A DNA stretch of 64,000 nt from positions 11,424 to 75,423 of the forward strand of contig DASXBW010000096.1 of NCBI GenBank assembly GCA_036491495.1. The letters are read 5' to 3'. The notes below the pieces were generated by a model, which worked only from the letters and a program-made list of their open reading frames with translations, did no database searches and was not told the origin of the DNA. Position 1 is the first letter of the stretch; each line of letters opens with the position of its first letter. Position numbers and translations under genes: made by a program. The DNA comes from Casimicrobiaceae bacterium (GTDB lineage Bacteria > Pseudomonadota > Gammaproteobacteria > Burkholderiales > Casimicrobiaceae). Positions 37,173-46,694 of this stretch are shown piece by piece.

Positions 37173-38294
37173 ATGGCCCGGCGATTGAAAGACGATGCTG
37201 CGTCGCACAAGGCGCGGCGCTCGCGCTTTCCCGCGTTCCCAGCCGATGGTCTCGCAGTGAACGCCACGATCTCCTCGACTCTCGAGTTTCCCTTTTCGGC
37301 GCCGCCCTGTGGTGGGGCAAGCCACGAGGTCGCACCGGGCGTCCTGTGGCTGCGCATGCCGCTGCCCTTCGCGCTCGATCACATCAACCTTTGGTTGCTG
37401 GCCGATGGCGATGGCTGGACGCAAATCGACACCGGCTACGGCGACGCACCTACGCGTACGCTGTGGAATTCGCAGTTCGCGACGACGCTCGACGCTCGTT
37501 CGATCACCCGCGTGATCGCAACGCATTACCATCCCGACCACCTCGGCAACGCAGCTTGGCTGTGTCAGCGTTTTGGGTGCACCGTCGCGATGCCTCAGGC
37601 GGAATACCTGACCGCGCACGCGATCGCCGAGGAGCATAGCGGCTTCGGCGTCGCCGCCATTGCGGCACTGTTTCGCGCTCATGGCATGATCGCCGACCAT
37701 GTCGCGGCGCTCGAGAAGCGAGGCAACCAGTACCGACGCGGCGTTCCCGAGCTGCCCTTTTCTTTCCTACGGCTCCAGGCGCACGACGAAATTTCCATCG
37801 GAACCAACCGCTGGCAGGTCATTCCCGGCCATGGACACTCGCCGGAACACGCCTCGCTCTATTGCAAATCGCTGAGCGTCTGCATTTCCGGCGACATGCT
37901 ACTGCCCAGAATCAGCACCAATGTCAGCGTCTGGCCGGTCGAGCCCGACGGTGATCCGCTGGCGCGCTTTCTCGATTCGCTTACGGCCTTCGCCGGCCTT
38001 CCGGCGGATACGCTCATCCTTCCTTCGCACGGTCTGCCGTTTGTCGGCGCCGGTACGCGTGTCGAGCAGCTGCGCGCGCACCATGACGCGCGGTTGGCCG
38101 AGCTGGTCGTGGCGGCGGACGAGCCACGCTCGGCAGCCGAATTCGTTCCGGTGCTCTTCCGCCGCGAGCTCGACTTGCAGCAGCGCTTTTTCGCGATGGG
38201 CGAGGCGATCGCCCACCTCAACCACCTCTGGCGTGCGGGGCGGCTCGTCCGAGACCTCACGGGTGACGGCACGATCCTTTTTGTGCGACCCTGA
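37173..38294 (+). CDS. MBL-fold metallo-hydrolase
   Basis: The metal motif is THYHPDHLGN. Further H/D ligands occur (IPGHGHSPEH and LPSHG). The stop lies 34 nt before phaC. The start is uncertain. Confidence 0.7.
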   Translation: MARRLKDDAASHKARRSRFPAFPADGLAVNATISSTLEFPFSAPPCGGASHEVAPGVLWLRMPLPFALDHINLWLLADGDGWTQIDTGYGDAPTRTLWNSQFATTLDARSITRVIATHYHPDHLGNAAWLCQRFGCTVAMPQAEYLTAHAIAEEHSGFGVAAIAALFRAHGMIADHVAALEKRGNQYRRGVPELPFSFLRLQAHDEISIGTNRWQVIPGHGHSPEHASLYCKSLSVCISGDMLLPRISTNVSVWPVEPDGDPLARFLDSLTAFAGLPADTLILPSHGLPFVGAGTRVEQLRAHHDARLAELVVAADEPRSAAEFVPVLFRRELDLQQRFFAMGEAIAHLNHLWRAGRLVRDLTGDGTILFVRP

Positions 38295-38328
38295 TTGCCC
38301 AACGACCACGAATATCGAAGGCTATTGA

Positions 38329-40149
38329 ATGTCCGCTCCTGAAACTACCCCTTCCGACACGCGCAACTACGATCCCATAGCGCTCACCGAATCCTTTGCC
38401 AGCGCGGCGGACAAAAGCGCCAAGCTTCTCGGTGATTTCCTGGCGCGGCAAGCGGCCGGCGGGCATTCGCTGGTCGCCGACGAGTTTGGCCTCACCAAGG
38501 CATTCCTCGAGGTCGCGGCCAAGATGCTGTCGAATCCCTACCGCCTGGCCGAAACGCAGATGAACCTTTTGTGGGATTACTCGGCGCTCTGGCAGTCCTC
38601 GATGCTCAAGCTCATGGGCCAGTCACCGGCGCCGGTCGCGGAACCTGCACAAAGCGACAAGCGATTTCGCCATGAAGACTGGCAGGAGCATTTCCTGTTC
38701 GACTACGTGAAGCAATCCTATTTGCTCACGGCGCGCTGGCTGCACGACGCGGTCGCCAGCGTCGAGGGGCTCGACCAGCGAACCCAGAAAAAGGTCGACT
38801 TTTTTACCCGTCAATATATCGACGCACTGGCGCCTTCGAACTTCGCGCTCACCAATCCGGAGGTGTTTCGCGAGACCATTTCCACAGGCGGGCAAAACCT
38901 GGTCAAGGGGCTCAATAATCTCCTCGACGATATCGAGCGCGGCAATGGCAAGCTCAGAATTTCGATGACCGATAGCAAGGCATTCGAGCTCGGCGTTAAC
39001 ATCGCGACAACGCCGGGCAAGGTCGTGTTCCAGAACGACCTCATGCAGCTCATTCAGTACGAGCCGGTGACAAAAAAAGTCCACAAGCGACCGCTCTTGA
39101 TCATTCCGCCCTGGATCAACAAGTACTACATCCTCGATCTGCGCGAAAAGAATTCGCTCATCAAATGGTGCCTCGAGCGCGGCCTGACGGTGTTCGTCAT
39201 TTCCTGGGTCAATCCCGACGAACGCCTGGCCGGCAAGGATTTCGTCGACTACATGCTCGAGGGCCCGCTTGCTGCCATCGACGCCATCGAGAAGGCGACC
39301 GGCGAGAAAGAGGTCAACGCGCTCGGATATTGCCTGGGCGGAACGCTCTTGGCAGCGACGCTGGGCCATCTCGCCGCGAAGAAGAAGCCGCGCATCGCCA
39401 GCGCGAGCTTTATGGCCACGCTCATCGACTTCACCGGCGCGGGCGAGCTCGAGGTATTCATCGACGAGGAGCAGGTAGAGGCGCTCGAAAAACGCATGCA
39501 GGATCGCGGCTTTCTCGAGGGATCGGCGATGGCGAACACCTTCAACATGCTGCGCAGCAACGACCTGATATGGTCGTTCGTCATCAATAACTACCTCATG
39601 GGCCGGGACCCGTTTCCCTTCGATCTTCTGCACTGGAACTGCGACTCGACGCGGATGCCCGCGAAAATGCACAGCTTTTATTTGCGCAATATGTACATGA
39701 AGAACGCGCTCAAGACGCCCAACGGGCTAACCCTCGCGGACACGCCCATCGACCTCGGCACGGTTGCCGTGCCGACGTATTTCGTTTCGGCGATGGAGGA
39801 TCACATCGCGCCGTGGAAGACCACCTATGCCGGACCGCCACTTTTCGGCGGCAAGTCGCGCTTCGTCCTCTCCGGGTCCGGCCACATCGCCGGAATGATC
39901 AATCCACCGTCGGCCAGGAAGTACGGCTACTGGACCAACGAGGCGCTGCCTGTCAGTGCCGACCAATGGCTCAAAGGCGCCAAGCAGCACGAAGGCTCGT
40001 GGTGGGAGGACTGGATTGCCTGGCTCGGCCCGAAACTGGGTGGCAAAGTCACGGCTCGCGAGCCCGGCAAGGGAGCCGGCAAGACGAAACAGAGCACGAT
40101 CGAACCGGCGCCGGGCAGCTATGCAAGGCTGCGCACCGACACGGCGTGA
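38329..40149 (+). CDS. phaC: class I poly(R)-hydroxyalkanoate synthase
   Basis: 606 aa with the conserved PhaC N-domain. The lipase-box variant is GYCLGGT, followed by the alpha/beta-hydrolase C-terminal half. Confidence 0.9.
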   Translation: MSAPETTPSDTRNYDPIALTESFASAADKSAKLLGDFLARQAAGGHSLVADEFGLTKAFLEVAAKMLSNPYRLAETQMNLLWDYSALWQSSMLKLMGQSPAPVAEPAQSDKRFRHEDWQEHFLFDYVKQSYLLTARWLHDAVASVEGLDQRTQKKVDFFTRQYIDALAPSNFALTNPEVFRETISTGGQNLVKGLNNLLDDIERGNGKLRISMTDSKAFELGVNIATTPGKVVFQNDLMQLIQYEPVTKKVHKRPLLIIPPWINKYYILDLREKNSLIKWCLERGLTVFVISWVNPDERLAGKDFVDYMLEGPLAAIDAIEKATGEKEVNALGYCLGGTLLAATLGHLAAKKKPRIASASFMATLIDFTGAGELEVFIDEEQVEALEKRMQDRGFLEGSAMANTFNMLRSNDLIWSFVINNYLMGRDPFPFDLLHWNCDSTRMPAKMHSFYLRNMYMKNALKTPNGLTLADTPIDLGTVAVPTYFVSAMEDHIAPWKTTYAGPPLFGGKSRFVLSGSGHIAGMINPPSARKYGYWTNEALPVSADQWLKGAKQHEGSWWEDWIAWLGPKLGGKVTAREPGKGAGKTKQSTIEPAPGSYARLRTDTA

Positions 40150-40267
40150 CTCAAGTCTGTGCCACCATGTCCCCGCTGTGAACCTCATCGTGGTGCCTAT
40201 TGTCGTAATCCCAGCTCGATCGGCTTTGCGATAGTCGACGATGCAAACCTCTTTTGAGGAGATGACG

Positions 40268-40729
40268 ATGAGACACCTGTTGGAACTCGCCTGCGTACTG
40301 TTGGCGCTAGCGCTCTGGACGGTCGCCGCGATAGCGCAGAATCCGTCGAGCACGGCGCCGGGAACGCCCGCCCCTCTGTCGGCCGGCTGTCCGACCTGCG
40401 GCGTGGTCGAATCGATTCGCTACGTCGAGAAAAAGGGCACAGGCAGCGGCGTCGGGGCGATCGCCGGCGGGGTCCTCGGCGGAGTGCTCGGCCATCAGAT
40501 CGGCTCGGGACGCGGTAACACCGCCGCCACCATCGTCGGCGCAGGGGCCGGCGCATATGCCGGCAACGAGGTCGAGAAAAACGCGAAAAAGACATCCTAC
40601 TATGTCGTCGCGGTACACCTCGACAACGGGCGCAGGCAGACGGTCACTCAGGGCGCGAGGCCCGGGGTGCGAGAAGGAGATCGGGTCAAGATCGTCGGTG
40701 GCAATCGGCTTGCGCTAGTCGCAAACTGA
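40268..40729 (+). CDS. glycine-zipper (17 kDa surface antigen / SlyB-like) secreted protein
   Basis: ATG 40268 lies 6 nt after GAGGAG. The signal peptide is MRHLLELACVLLALALWTVAAIA. CPTCG is present. The Gly-zipper is GAIAGGVLGGVLGHQIGSG...GAGAGAYAG. Confidence 0.7.
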   Translation: MRHLLELACVLLALALWTVAAIAQNPSSTAPGTPAPLSAGCPTCGVVESIRYVEKKGTGSGVGAIAGGVLGGVLGHQIGSGRGNTAATIVGAGAGAYAGNEVEKNAKKTSYYVVAVHLDNGRRQTVTQGARPGVREGDRVKIVGGNRLALVAN

Positions 40730-40800
40730 TTTCCCTTGATGGCACGACGGCTTTGCCGCGCGAGTTCGTGCGCGCTCTTCGGACGGTTTTGCCTTCTTTG

Positions 40801-40830
40801 CCTCAGGTGGCCTCAGTCTGGCTCAGTCTG
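40801..40830. repeat. three tandem 10-bp units upstream of the autotransporter esterase gene
   Basis: The units are cctcaggtgg, cctcagtctg and gctcagtctg, with a one-helical-turn period. The array ends 55 nt upstream of the ATG at 40885. Confidence 0.6.
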
Positions 40831-40884
40831 CACTACAATCTGGTCAAAACCGCTGGTTGAGAAAATCACTCCGAGGAGACGCCC

Positions 40885-42696
40885 ATGAGGTCGATGAAAC
40901 GGACGCTGCTGACGTCAGCGCTGGCGGCAGGGATTTCGCTGGTGCACGGACCAGCGTCGGCGCAGTTCAATCAATTCTTTTTCTTCGGCGACAGCCTCAC
41001 CGACGCTGGCGTCTATGGCGCGCGCTTCACGGTTAACCCCGGCCTGGTCTGGGCGCAGGATCTCGGCAACCGCTACGGCATTACCGTAACGCCATCGACG
41101 CAGGGTGGCATCGACTTCGCCCAGGGCGGCGCCCGCGTGACCCAGCCGTCGCCCCTGATTCCGACCGGCGCGCCGCAACGCTCACTATCGGTTCAGATCG
41201 ACGAGTTGCTGCACGCGACACCGACCCTCAATCCCAACGCGGTATACGCGGTTTGGATCGGCGCCAACGACATCTTTGTCAACGTCACCGCCGCCGGTGC
41301 GGGCTTGATCTCGGCCGGCCAGCTGCAAGCCAGCATCACTACGGCCGCGACTGACACGCTGGCGCAGATCGCGCGGCTGCGCGATGCTGGAGCGAAACGG
41401 ATCATGGTGTTCAATCTTCCGGACATCGGCCAGACTCCGCTCGGCAAATCCACACCGACCGCGCCATTCTCAGCCCTTTCCGGACTTTTCAATTCGACCC
41501 TGCAGGCGGGACTCACCTCGCTGAAGGTCGACATCATTCCGATGAACATGTTCGGGCTGTTCAACGAAGTAATCGCCAATCCGGCGTCGTTCGGGCTGAT
41601 CAATGTCACAACGCCGGCGTGCATCCCGGCGAGCGCGCTTAACTGCACGGCGGCAACGCTGGTCGCGGCCAACGCGGGGCAGACGTTTGCCTTCGCCGAT
41701 GGAGTGCATCCGACGCCGGCGGGACATCAGATCATTGCCGACTACGCGGCCGCTATCATCGAGGCGCCGCAGAAAATCGGTCTGCTCGCAGAAGCACCGC
41801 TGCAGGTCGAGCAAGCCAACTTCCGCGCCATCGACGATCGCATGTGGTCGGGACTCAACACGCCCCGTCCACAGAATAAATTCGACGCCTACGCGGTGTA
41901 CGACTATGGGAACTATGACCATAGCGGCGACACCGGTGGCAGCGACAATCAGCTGAACAGCGTTGTCGTCGGCGTGGATATGAAGATTTCCGACCAGATG
42001 CTCGCGGGAATAGCATTTGGATATACCGAAGACAAGGGATCGTTCGGCAATGGTGGCGGCGGCTTCAAGCTCAACGAGGCGTCGATGACCGCCTACGTGG
42101 GCTACGGTTCCGGCCCGTGGTACGTCGGTGCAAGCCTCGGTGGCGGCGACCTGGATTTCCGCAATATTCGACGTAACTTCGCGCTCGGCGCAGGCAATCG
42201 CACGGAAAGCGGCGATACGCGCGGGACACACTTGATGGGCCGGGTCTTTGGCGGCTACTGGTTCAATGCTTCCGGAGCGTGGATCCATGGCCCCTTCGCC
42301 CGCTTGACCTATCAGCAAGCCAAGGTCGACGCCTGGTCCGAGTCGGGGACCAGCAGCAGCGCGATGACCTTCGGTAATCAGAAGCGCGACGCGCTCATGT
42401 CGAGTCTGGGCTGGCAGGTGAGCGGCAGCATCGGCCCTCTGCGGCCATTCGGGCGTGTCACCTGGGAAAAGGATTACAACAACGACGACCGGAGCGTGCG
42501 CGCCGGACTGGTTTCGATGCCCGGGACTTTCTCGATACCCGTGTTCAAGGCTGACGACAATTATTTCCTGTTCAACGTCGGCGCGAGTGCCGATCTGGGC
42601 AGCAAGCTTGTTGGGTTCATCAGTGTCGGCGCGACCGCCAGCAAGAATGATGGCAACTATCAGGCGGTCACCGTGGGCGTCCGCATGCCCCTGTAG
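40885..42696 (+). CDS. SGNH/GDSL esterase autotransporter (EstA-like)
   Basis: A signal peptide is followed by the GDSL block FFFGDSLTDAG, then the block V motif DGVHPTPAGH. The C-terminal beta-barrel autotransporter domain is about 280 aa. Confidence 0.85.
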   Translation: MRSMKRTLLTSALAAGISLVHGPASAQFNQFFFFGDSLTDAGVYGARFTVNPGLVWAQDLGNRYGITVTPSTQGGIDFAQGGARVTQPSPLIPTGAPQRSLSVQIDELLHATPTLNPNAVYAVWIGANDIFVNVTAAGAGLISAGQLQASITTAATDTLAQIARLRDAGAKRIMVFNLPDIGQTPLGKSTPTAPFSALSGLFNSTLQAGLTSLKVDIIPMNMFGLFNEVIANPASFGLINVTTPACIPASALNCTAATLVAANAGQTFAFADGVHPTPAGHQIIADYAAAIIEAPQKIGLLAEAPLQVEQANFRAIDDRMWSGLNTPRPQNKFDAYAVYDYGNYDHSGDTGGSDNQLNSVVVGVDMKISDQMLAGIAFGYTEDKGSFGNGGGGFKLNEASMTAYVGYGSGPWYVGASLGGGDLDFRNIRRNFALGAGNRTESGDTRGTHLMGRVFGGYWFNASGAWIHGPFARLTYQQAKVDAWSESGTSSSAMTFGNQKRDALMSSLGWQVSGSIGPLRPFGRVTWEKDYNNDDRSVRAGLVSMPGTFSIPVFKADDNYFLFNVGASADLGSKLVGFISVGATASKNDGNYQAVTVGVRMPL

Positions 42697-42826
42697 GGGA
42701 CGGCTCAAACCAGGAAGCCTCGCCGGGCTCCTACCCGCTGTTCGTGACACGCAAACCGACTCTTGCCGGCTGGTAGTTGCTTGCGCGGCTTTTTCTTGAC
42801 TTGTCTTCGACCTGCTGCGATGGCGA

Positions 42827-43591
42827 TCAGGCCTGCCCAGCTCGTGGCTTTCGCGGAGCGCGGGCAAATACGAGATCAAAGAGCGGCCGCGGCAAGGCTC
42901 GCAGCAACCCCGCCGCCCACGCCATTTGCCACGGGAATACGTAGAAACGGCGCCCGCGACTGATCGCACGCACCACCAGCCGTGCTGCGTCGTCAGCGGA
43001 CAGCATGAACGGCATCGGATACGGATTCTTTTCGGTCATCGGCGTAGCGATGTATCCAGGGCAAAGCGTGATCACTTCGACCTCGGAACCTGCAAGCTCG
43101 ACGCGCAGGCTTTCCAAATAGCTGATCGCCGCGGCCTTGGACGCGGAGTAGGCGCCTGCGCCTGGCAGGCCGCGAAAGCCGGCGATGCTGGAAACTCCGA
43201 CCAGCTTGCCGCTCTTCTTGGCGGCCAACGCGGGCAAGAACGGCTGAAAAGTATGCACCATGCCCAACACGTTGGTGTCGAGTACGGTGCGAAAAGCCTC
43301 GTTATCGTCTTCACGGGCAGTCAATGTGGCGATCGACACTCCGGCGTTGGCCACGACGACGTCCGGCGTCCCGAAGCGGGCCATAAAATCGTGAGCGGCG
43401 GCGCGAAGCGAGGAAGCATCGCGCACGTCGCCCGGATAGACGAAGCAGGTTGCCGGCGTCAACGTTCCGGCCAATTGTCGCAGCGAATCGGCACGCCGGG
43501 CATAGAGCCCCAGTACTGCGCCTTCAGCGGCGTAGCGGCGCGCCAGCGCCGAGCCGAGACCGGAGGAAGCGCCGGTCAGGAAGACTTTCAC
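42827..43591 (-). CDS. short-chain dehydrogenase/reductase (SDR)
   Basis: The cofactor motif is LTGASSGLG and the catalytic motif is YSASKAA. Length is 254 aa. Confidence 0.75.
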   Translation of the reverse strand: MKVFLTGASSGLGSALARRYAAEGAVLGLYARRADSLRQLAGTLTPATCFVYPGDVRDASSLRAAAHDFMARFGTPDVVVANAGVSIATLTAREDDNEAFRTVLDTNVLGMVHTFQPFLPALAAKKSGKLVGVSSIAGFRGLPGAGAYSASKAAAISYLESLRVELAGSEVEVITLCPGYIATPMTEKNPYPMPFMLSADDAARLVVRAISRGRRFYVFPWQMAWAAGLLRALPRPLFDLVFARAPRKPRAGQA

Positions 43592-43635
43592 CGGCGATTG
43601 TATTTTTGGGCTACCGCGTGGTGCGCGCGAACAGG

Positions 43636-44274
43636 TCAGCCACGGGCGCGCTCTGCGCGCGCTTTCGCGACCAAGGCGTCGAGTGCAGCCGGTATGGCAG
43701 GATGTCCGCCGATGCGATCGGAAGAGGTCAGGAATTTGCCGTCGACGATCATCGTCGGCACCGCCTGGATGTTGTACTCCTGGGCAAGCACCAACGCCCG
43801 CTTAAGCTTGCTGTCAACGCCAAAGGAACTGTAAATCTCGGCTGCCTTGGCGCGATCGACGCCTTTGCTGGCTACCCAGTCGAGAAACGCCTTGTCCTGG
43901 TAGAGCGGGAGGTTGGCAACGTGGATCGCCTTGAACACTTCCGGCGACAGGCGCAGGTCCTCTCCCATCGCCTCAAGCGTGTAATAGACCTTGGCCAGCG
44001 GCTTCCAACGGTCCTGGAACATCACCGGAACGCGCACGAACTGGACGTCGGCAGGCGCCGTCTTGGCCCAGCTTTGCAAATAGGGCTCGAGGTCGTTGCA
44101 GTGCGGACAGCCATAGGAAAAGAACTCAATGACCTCGATCTTCTTTCCTTTTTCCGCCGGTTGAACGCTCTTGAGCCGCGTGTACTGCTTGCCCTCGACC
44201 AAGTCAGCCGAGCTCGCGCTGGAAAACGCCAGCACCGCGAGCGTGCCGACAAAAAGCATGGCCAGTCTTTTCAT
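43636..44274 (-). CDS. dsbA: periplasmic thiol:disulfide oxidoreductase DsbA
   Basis: A signal peptide is followed by the active site FFSYGCPHCNDLEP. Length is 212 aa. Confidence 0.9.
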   Translation of the reverse strand: MKRLAMLFVGTLAVLAFSSASSADLVEGKQYTRLKSVQPAEKGKKIEVIEFFSYGCPHCNDLEPYLQSWAKTAPADVQFVRVPVMFQDRWKPLAKVYYTLEAMGEDLRLSPEVFKAIHVANLPLYQDKAFLDWVASKGVDRAKAAEIYSSFGVDSKLKRALVLAQEYNIQAVPTMIVDGKFLTSSDRIGGHPAIPAALDALVAKARAERARG

Positions 44275-44307
44275 TGCTGCTCCTGCATTTTCATTGCTGC
44301 TCCTGCA
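44268..44307. repeat. perfect 2 x 20-bp tandem duplication spanning the dsbA start codon and RBS
   Basis: ttttcattgctgctcctgca occurs at 44268..44287 and again at 44288..44307. On the minus strand each copy reads GCAGGAGCAGCAATGAAAA. The upstream copy opens a mini-ORF, ATG AAA ATG CAG GAG CAG CAA TGA (44294..44271). Its stop overlaps the dsbA ATG. Confidence 0.9.
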
Positions 44308-44391
44308 AAAAGGGACTGATACTCAACGCCCATTGGGCCGTGGCCGCTGACCGGAGTTCCCGCAGAAGGTGGAACGCGAGCCCATAGCGCA

Positions 44392-44946
44392 CTAGGGATT
44401 CTTGATCACCGCAACGTCGAATCCGCTCTTACCAAGATCGGCTTTGATGCGATTGAGCTCGTCGGTATTGTCGTAGGGGCCGAGACGAACCCGGTAACGC
44501 ACCGACTTGTCGGGAAGCGCGGCCATTTGCACGGACGCTTCCCACCCCGAAAGCGCGAGCCGCGCCTTGAGGTTTTCCGCGTCGGATTCGCTCGCGAAGG
44601 CGCCGGCCTGGAGCCACAGGCGATCGACGGGCTTGGTCTGCGTCTCCGGCGCTTTTGGAGGCTTGGGCTCCTCGGCGCCAGGCAGGATCTTGTAAAAGTC
44701 GAATCGCGGTTTCTCCGGTGTTGACGTCGCCGGAACGGTTTCCGGCTTGCCGTTGCGAACGATTTCCCTTTGCACTCCCGGCGCAGCGGGAGAGCCGGTG
44801 AGCCCCGATTTACCGAGAAAATAGGCGATTGCCGCAGCAACCGCGAGCCCCAGTACCAGACCCACAAAGATGCCGAGCAAGGTTCCCCCGCGCATCGTGC
44901 TTGGCGTGCCGCAGCGGGTGGATCGCAGTCGATCTCGATCGTTCAT
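44392..44946 (-). CDS. SPOR-domain (FtsN-like) membrane protein
   Basis: One TM helix (GTLLGIFVGLVLGLAVAAAIAYF) is followed by a Pro/Lys-rich linker. The C-terminal SPOR domain is LQAGAFASESDAENLKARLALSGWEA...YRVRLGPY. The start is either ATG 44946 or GTG 44964. Confidence 0.75.
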   Translation of the reverse strand: MNDRDRLRSTRCGTPSTMRGGTLLGIFVGLVLGLAVAAAIAYFLGKSGLTGSPAAPGVQREIVRNGKPETVPATSTPEKPRFDFYKILPGAEEPKPPKAPETQTKPVDRLWLQAGAFASESDAENLKARLALSGWEASVQMAALPDKSVRYRVRLGPYDNTDELNRIKADLGKSGFDVAVIKNP

Positions 44947-44960
44947 GTTGCTTTCTTCGA

Positions 44961-46694
44961 TCACATTTTTACCGGCGCGCTTACGCCCAGGACCGCGAGC
45001 CCGTTTCGAACAACCTGGCCGGTTGCGACGACCAGCGCGAGGCGCGCTTGACGCAACGCAATGTCATCGACCAGAAACTGCTCCGCATTATAGTAGCTGT
45101 GAAATTCTGCCGCCAATTCCTTCAGATAGAAGGTTATTAGGTGCGGTGCCAGCTCGCGGGCTGCCATCGCGAGCTCGTCCGGAAAGTCCGCGAGGCGGCG
45201 CAGCAAGGCGCTCTCGTACGCACTGGAAAGCGGCGAGAGATCCACGTTGCGCAAGCTATCGGCGGCAGCGTCGAGCGAAATTCCCGCCTTTTCCAGCACG
45301 CTGCAGACTCGCGCGTGGGCGTACTGCACGTAATAGACCGGGTTTTCCTCGCTTCGCGCTCGTGCGAGATCGATGTCGAAGGTCAGTTGCGAATCGGACT
45401 TGCGCAGCAAGAAGAAAAAGCGCACCGCATCGCGGCCGACTTCGTCGATGAGCTCGCGAAGCGTGAGGGTGGTCCCGGCACGCTTGCTCAGCTTGACTTC
45501 TTCCCCGCCGCGCATCACCAGAACCATCTGATGCAGCACGTATTCGGGGTAACCAGTAGGAATGCCGAGGTCGAGCGCCTGCAATCCCGCGCGGACGCGC
45601 GAAAGCGAGCCGCCGTGATCGGCGCCCAGCTCGGTAATCGCGCGTCTGAAGCCGCGCTCCCACTTGGTCACGTGATAGGCGATATCGGGTACGAAATAGG
45701 TGTAACTCCCGTCCGACTTGCGCATCACGCGATCCTTGTCGTCCCCGTAGTCGGTGGTCTTCAGCCACAGCGCGCCGTCCTGCTCGTACGCTCTGCCCGC
45801 GGCGATCAGCGCCCGGACGGTCTTGTCGACCAGTCCGTCGGAATAAAGTGACGATTCCAGAAAATACTGGTCGAAGCGGACCCCGAAAGCCGAGAGGTCG
45901 GCGTCCTGCTCGCGGCGCATCGTGGCCACGGCAAAGTTCCGGATCGAGTCCAGGTCGTCGCCAGCGTGATCGGCTGGATGTTCCGCGAGGTAGGCGCGCG
46001 CAATCTCGCGTACGTACTCGCCCTGGTAACCTTCGGCGGGAAATGGCGCGCTTGCGCCCACCGCCTCGCGAACGCGCGCCTGCACCGACAGTGCGAGATT
46101 CACGATCTGCGCACCGGCATCGTTGTAATAGTATTCCCGATGGACGCGGTGGCCCTGTGACTCCACCAATCGCGCGATTGCATCGCCGACCGCCGCGGCG
46201 CGCCCGTGGCCCACATGCAGCGGGCCGGTCGGATTTGCGGAAACGAATTCGACGATCGCTCTGGTTCCTTCCGCCGTCGCGACTGACCCGAACGCGTCGC
46301 GCTGGTCGAGAATCCGGGCGATCACCTCGCGGCGTGCGCCGTCGGAGAGAAATACGTTAATGAATCCCGCTCCAGCCATCTCAACGCGCGCCACCCGCTG
46401 CGAAGGCTCGAGCGCGGCGATCAACGCCGCCGCGAGTTCACTTGGCTTGCGCTTGAGAGTCTTGGCTAGCTGCAGCGCGACGTTGCTTGAATAATCGCCG
46501 TACTGCGCCTGTTTCGGACGCTCGAGTGCAATCGGCGGCGAGTGTCCCGGAGCGACGCGCGCAAGGCCGGCGGAGAGCCATTGTGCGAGCTGTGACTTGA
46601 GGTCGGTCAAGGAATTCGCCGCGAGCGGCGGCGTTTGACAAGGCGTTGGAGTATAACGCGCCGCAAGCGGGGAGCCTCGATCCCCTTCATGCAA
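44961..46694 (-). CDS. argS: arginine--tRNA ligase
   Basis: The HIGH motif is [11 protein letters not shown]. Conserved class I ArgS blocks and an anticodon-binding C-terminus ending in M are present. The 5' end is uncertain: the ORF opens with TTG at 46694, and an alternative TTG lies near 46610. Confidence 0.85.
   Translation of the reverse strand: MHEGDRGSPLAARYTPTPCQTPPLAANSLTDLKSQLAQWLSAGLARVAPGHSPPIALERPKQAQYGDYSSNVALQLAKTLKRKPSELAAALIAALEPSQRVARVEMAGAGFINVFLSDGARREVIARILDQRDAFGSVATAEGTRAIVEFVSANPTGPLHVGHGRAAAVGDAIARLVESQGHRVHREYYYNDAGAQIVNLALSVQARVREAVGASAPFPAEGYQGEYVREIARAYLAEHPADHAGDDLDSIRNFAVATMRREQDADLSAFGVRFDQYFLESSLYSDGLVDKTVRALIAAGRAYEQDGALWLKTTDYGDDKDRVMRKSDGSYTYFVPDIAYHVTKWERGFRRAITELGADHGGSLSRVRAGLQALDLGIPTGYPEYVLHQMVLVMRGGEEVKLSKRAGTTLTLRELIDEVGRDAVRFFFLLRKSDSQLTFDIDLARARSEENPVYYVQYAHARVCSVLEKAGISLDAAADSLRNVDLSPLSSAYESALLRRLADFPDELAMAARELAPHLITFYLKELAAEFHSYYNAEQFLVDDIALRQARLALVVATGQVVRNGLAVLGVSAPVKM

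Noticed and set aside
2787-44307. Whether the short tandem repeats at 2787..2840, 40801..40830 and 44268..44307 could be CRISPR or a mobile-element terminus
   Set aside because: The units are 10-20 bp, with no spacers. No cas, transposase or integrase gene is nearby and no flanking inverted repeats are present, so I report them only as local repeats.
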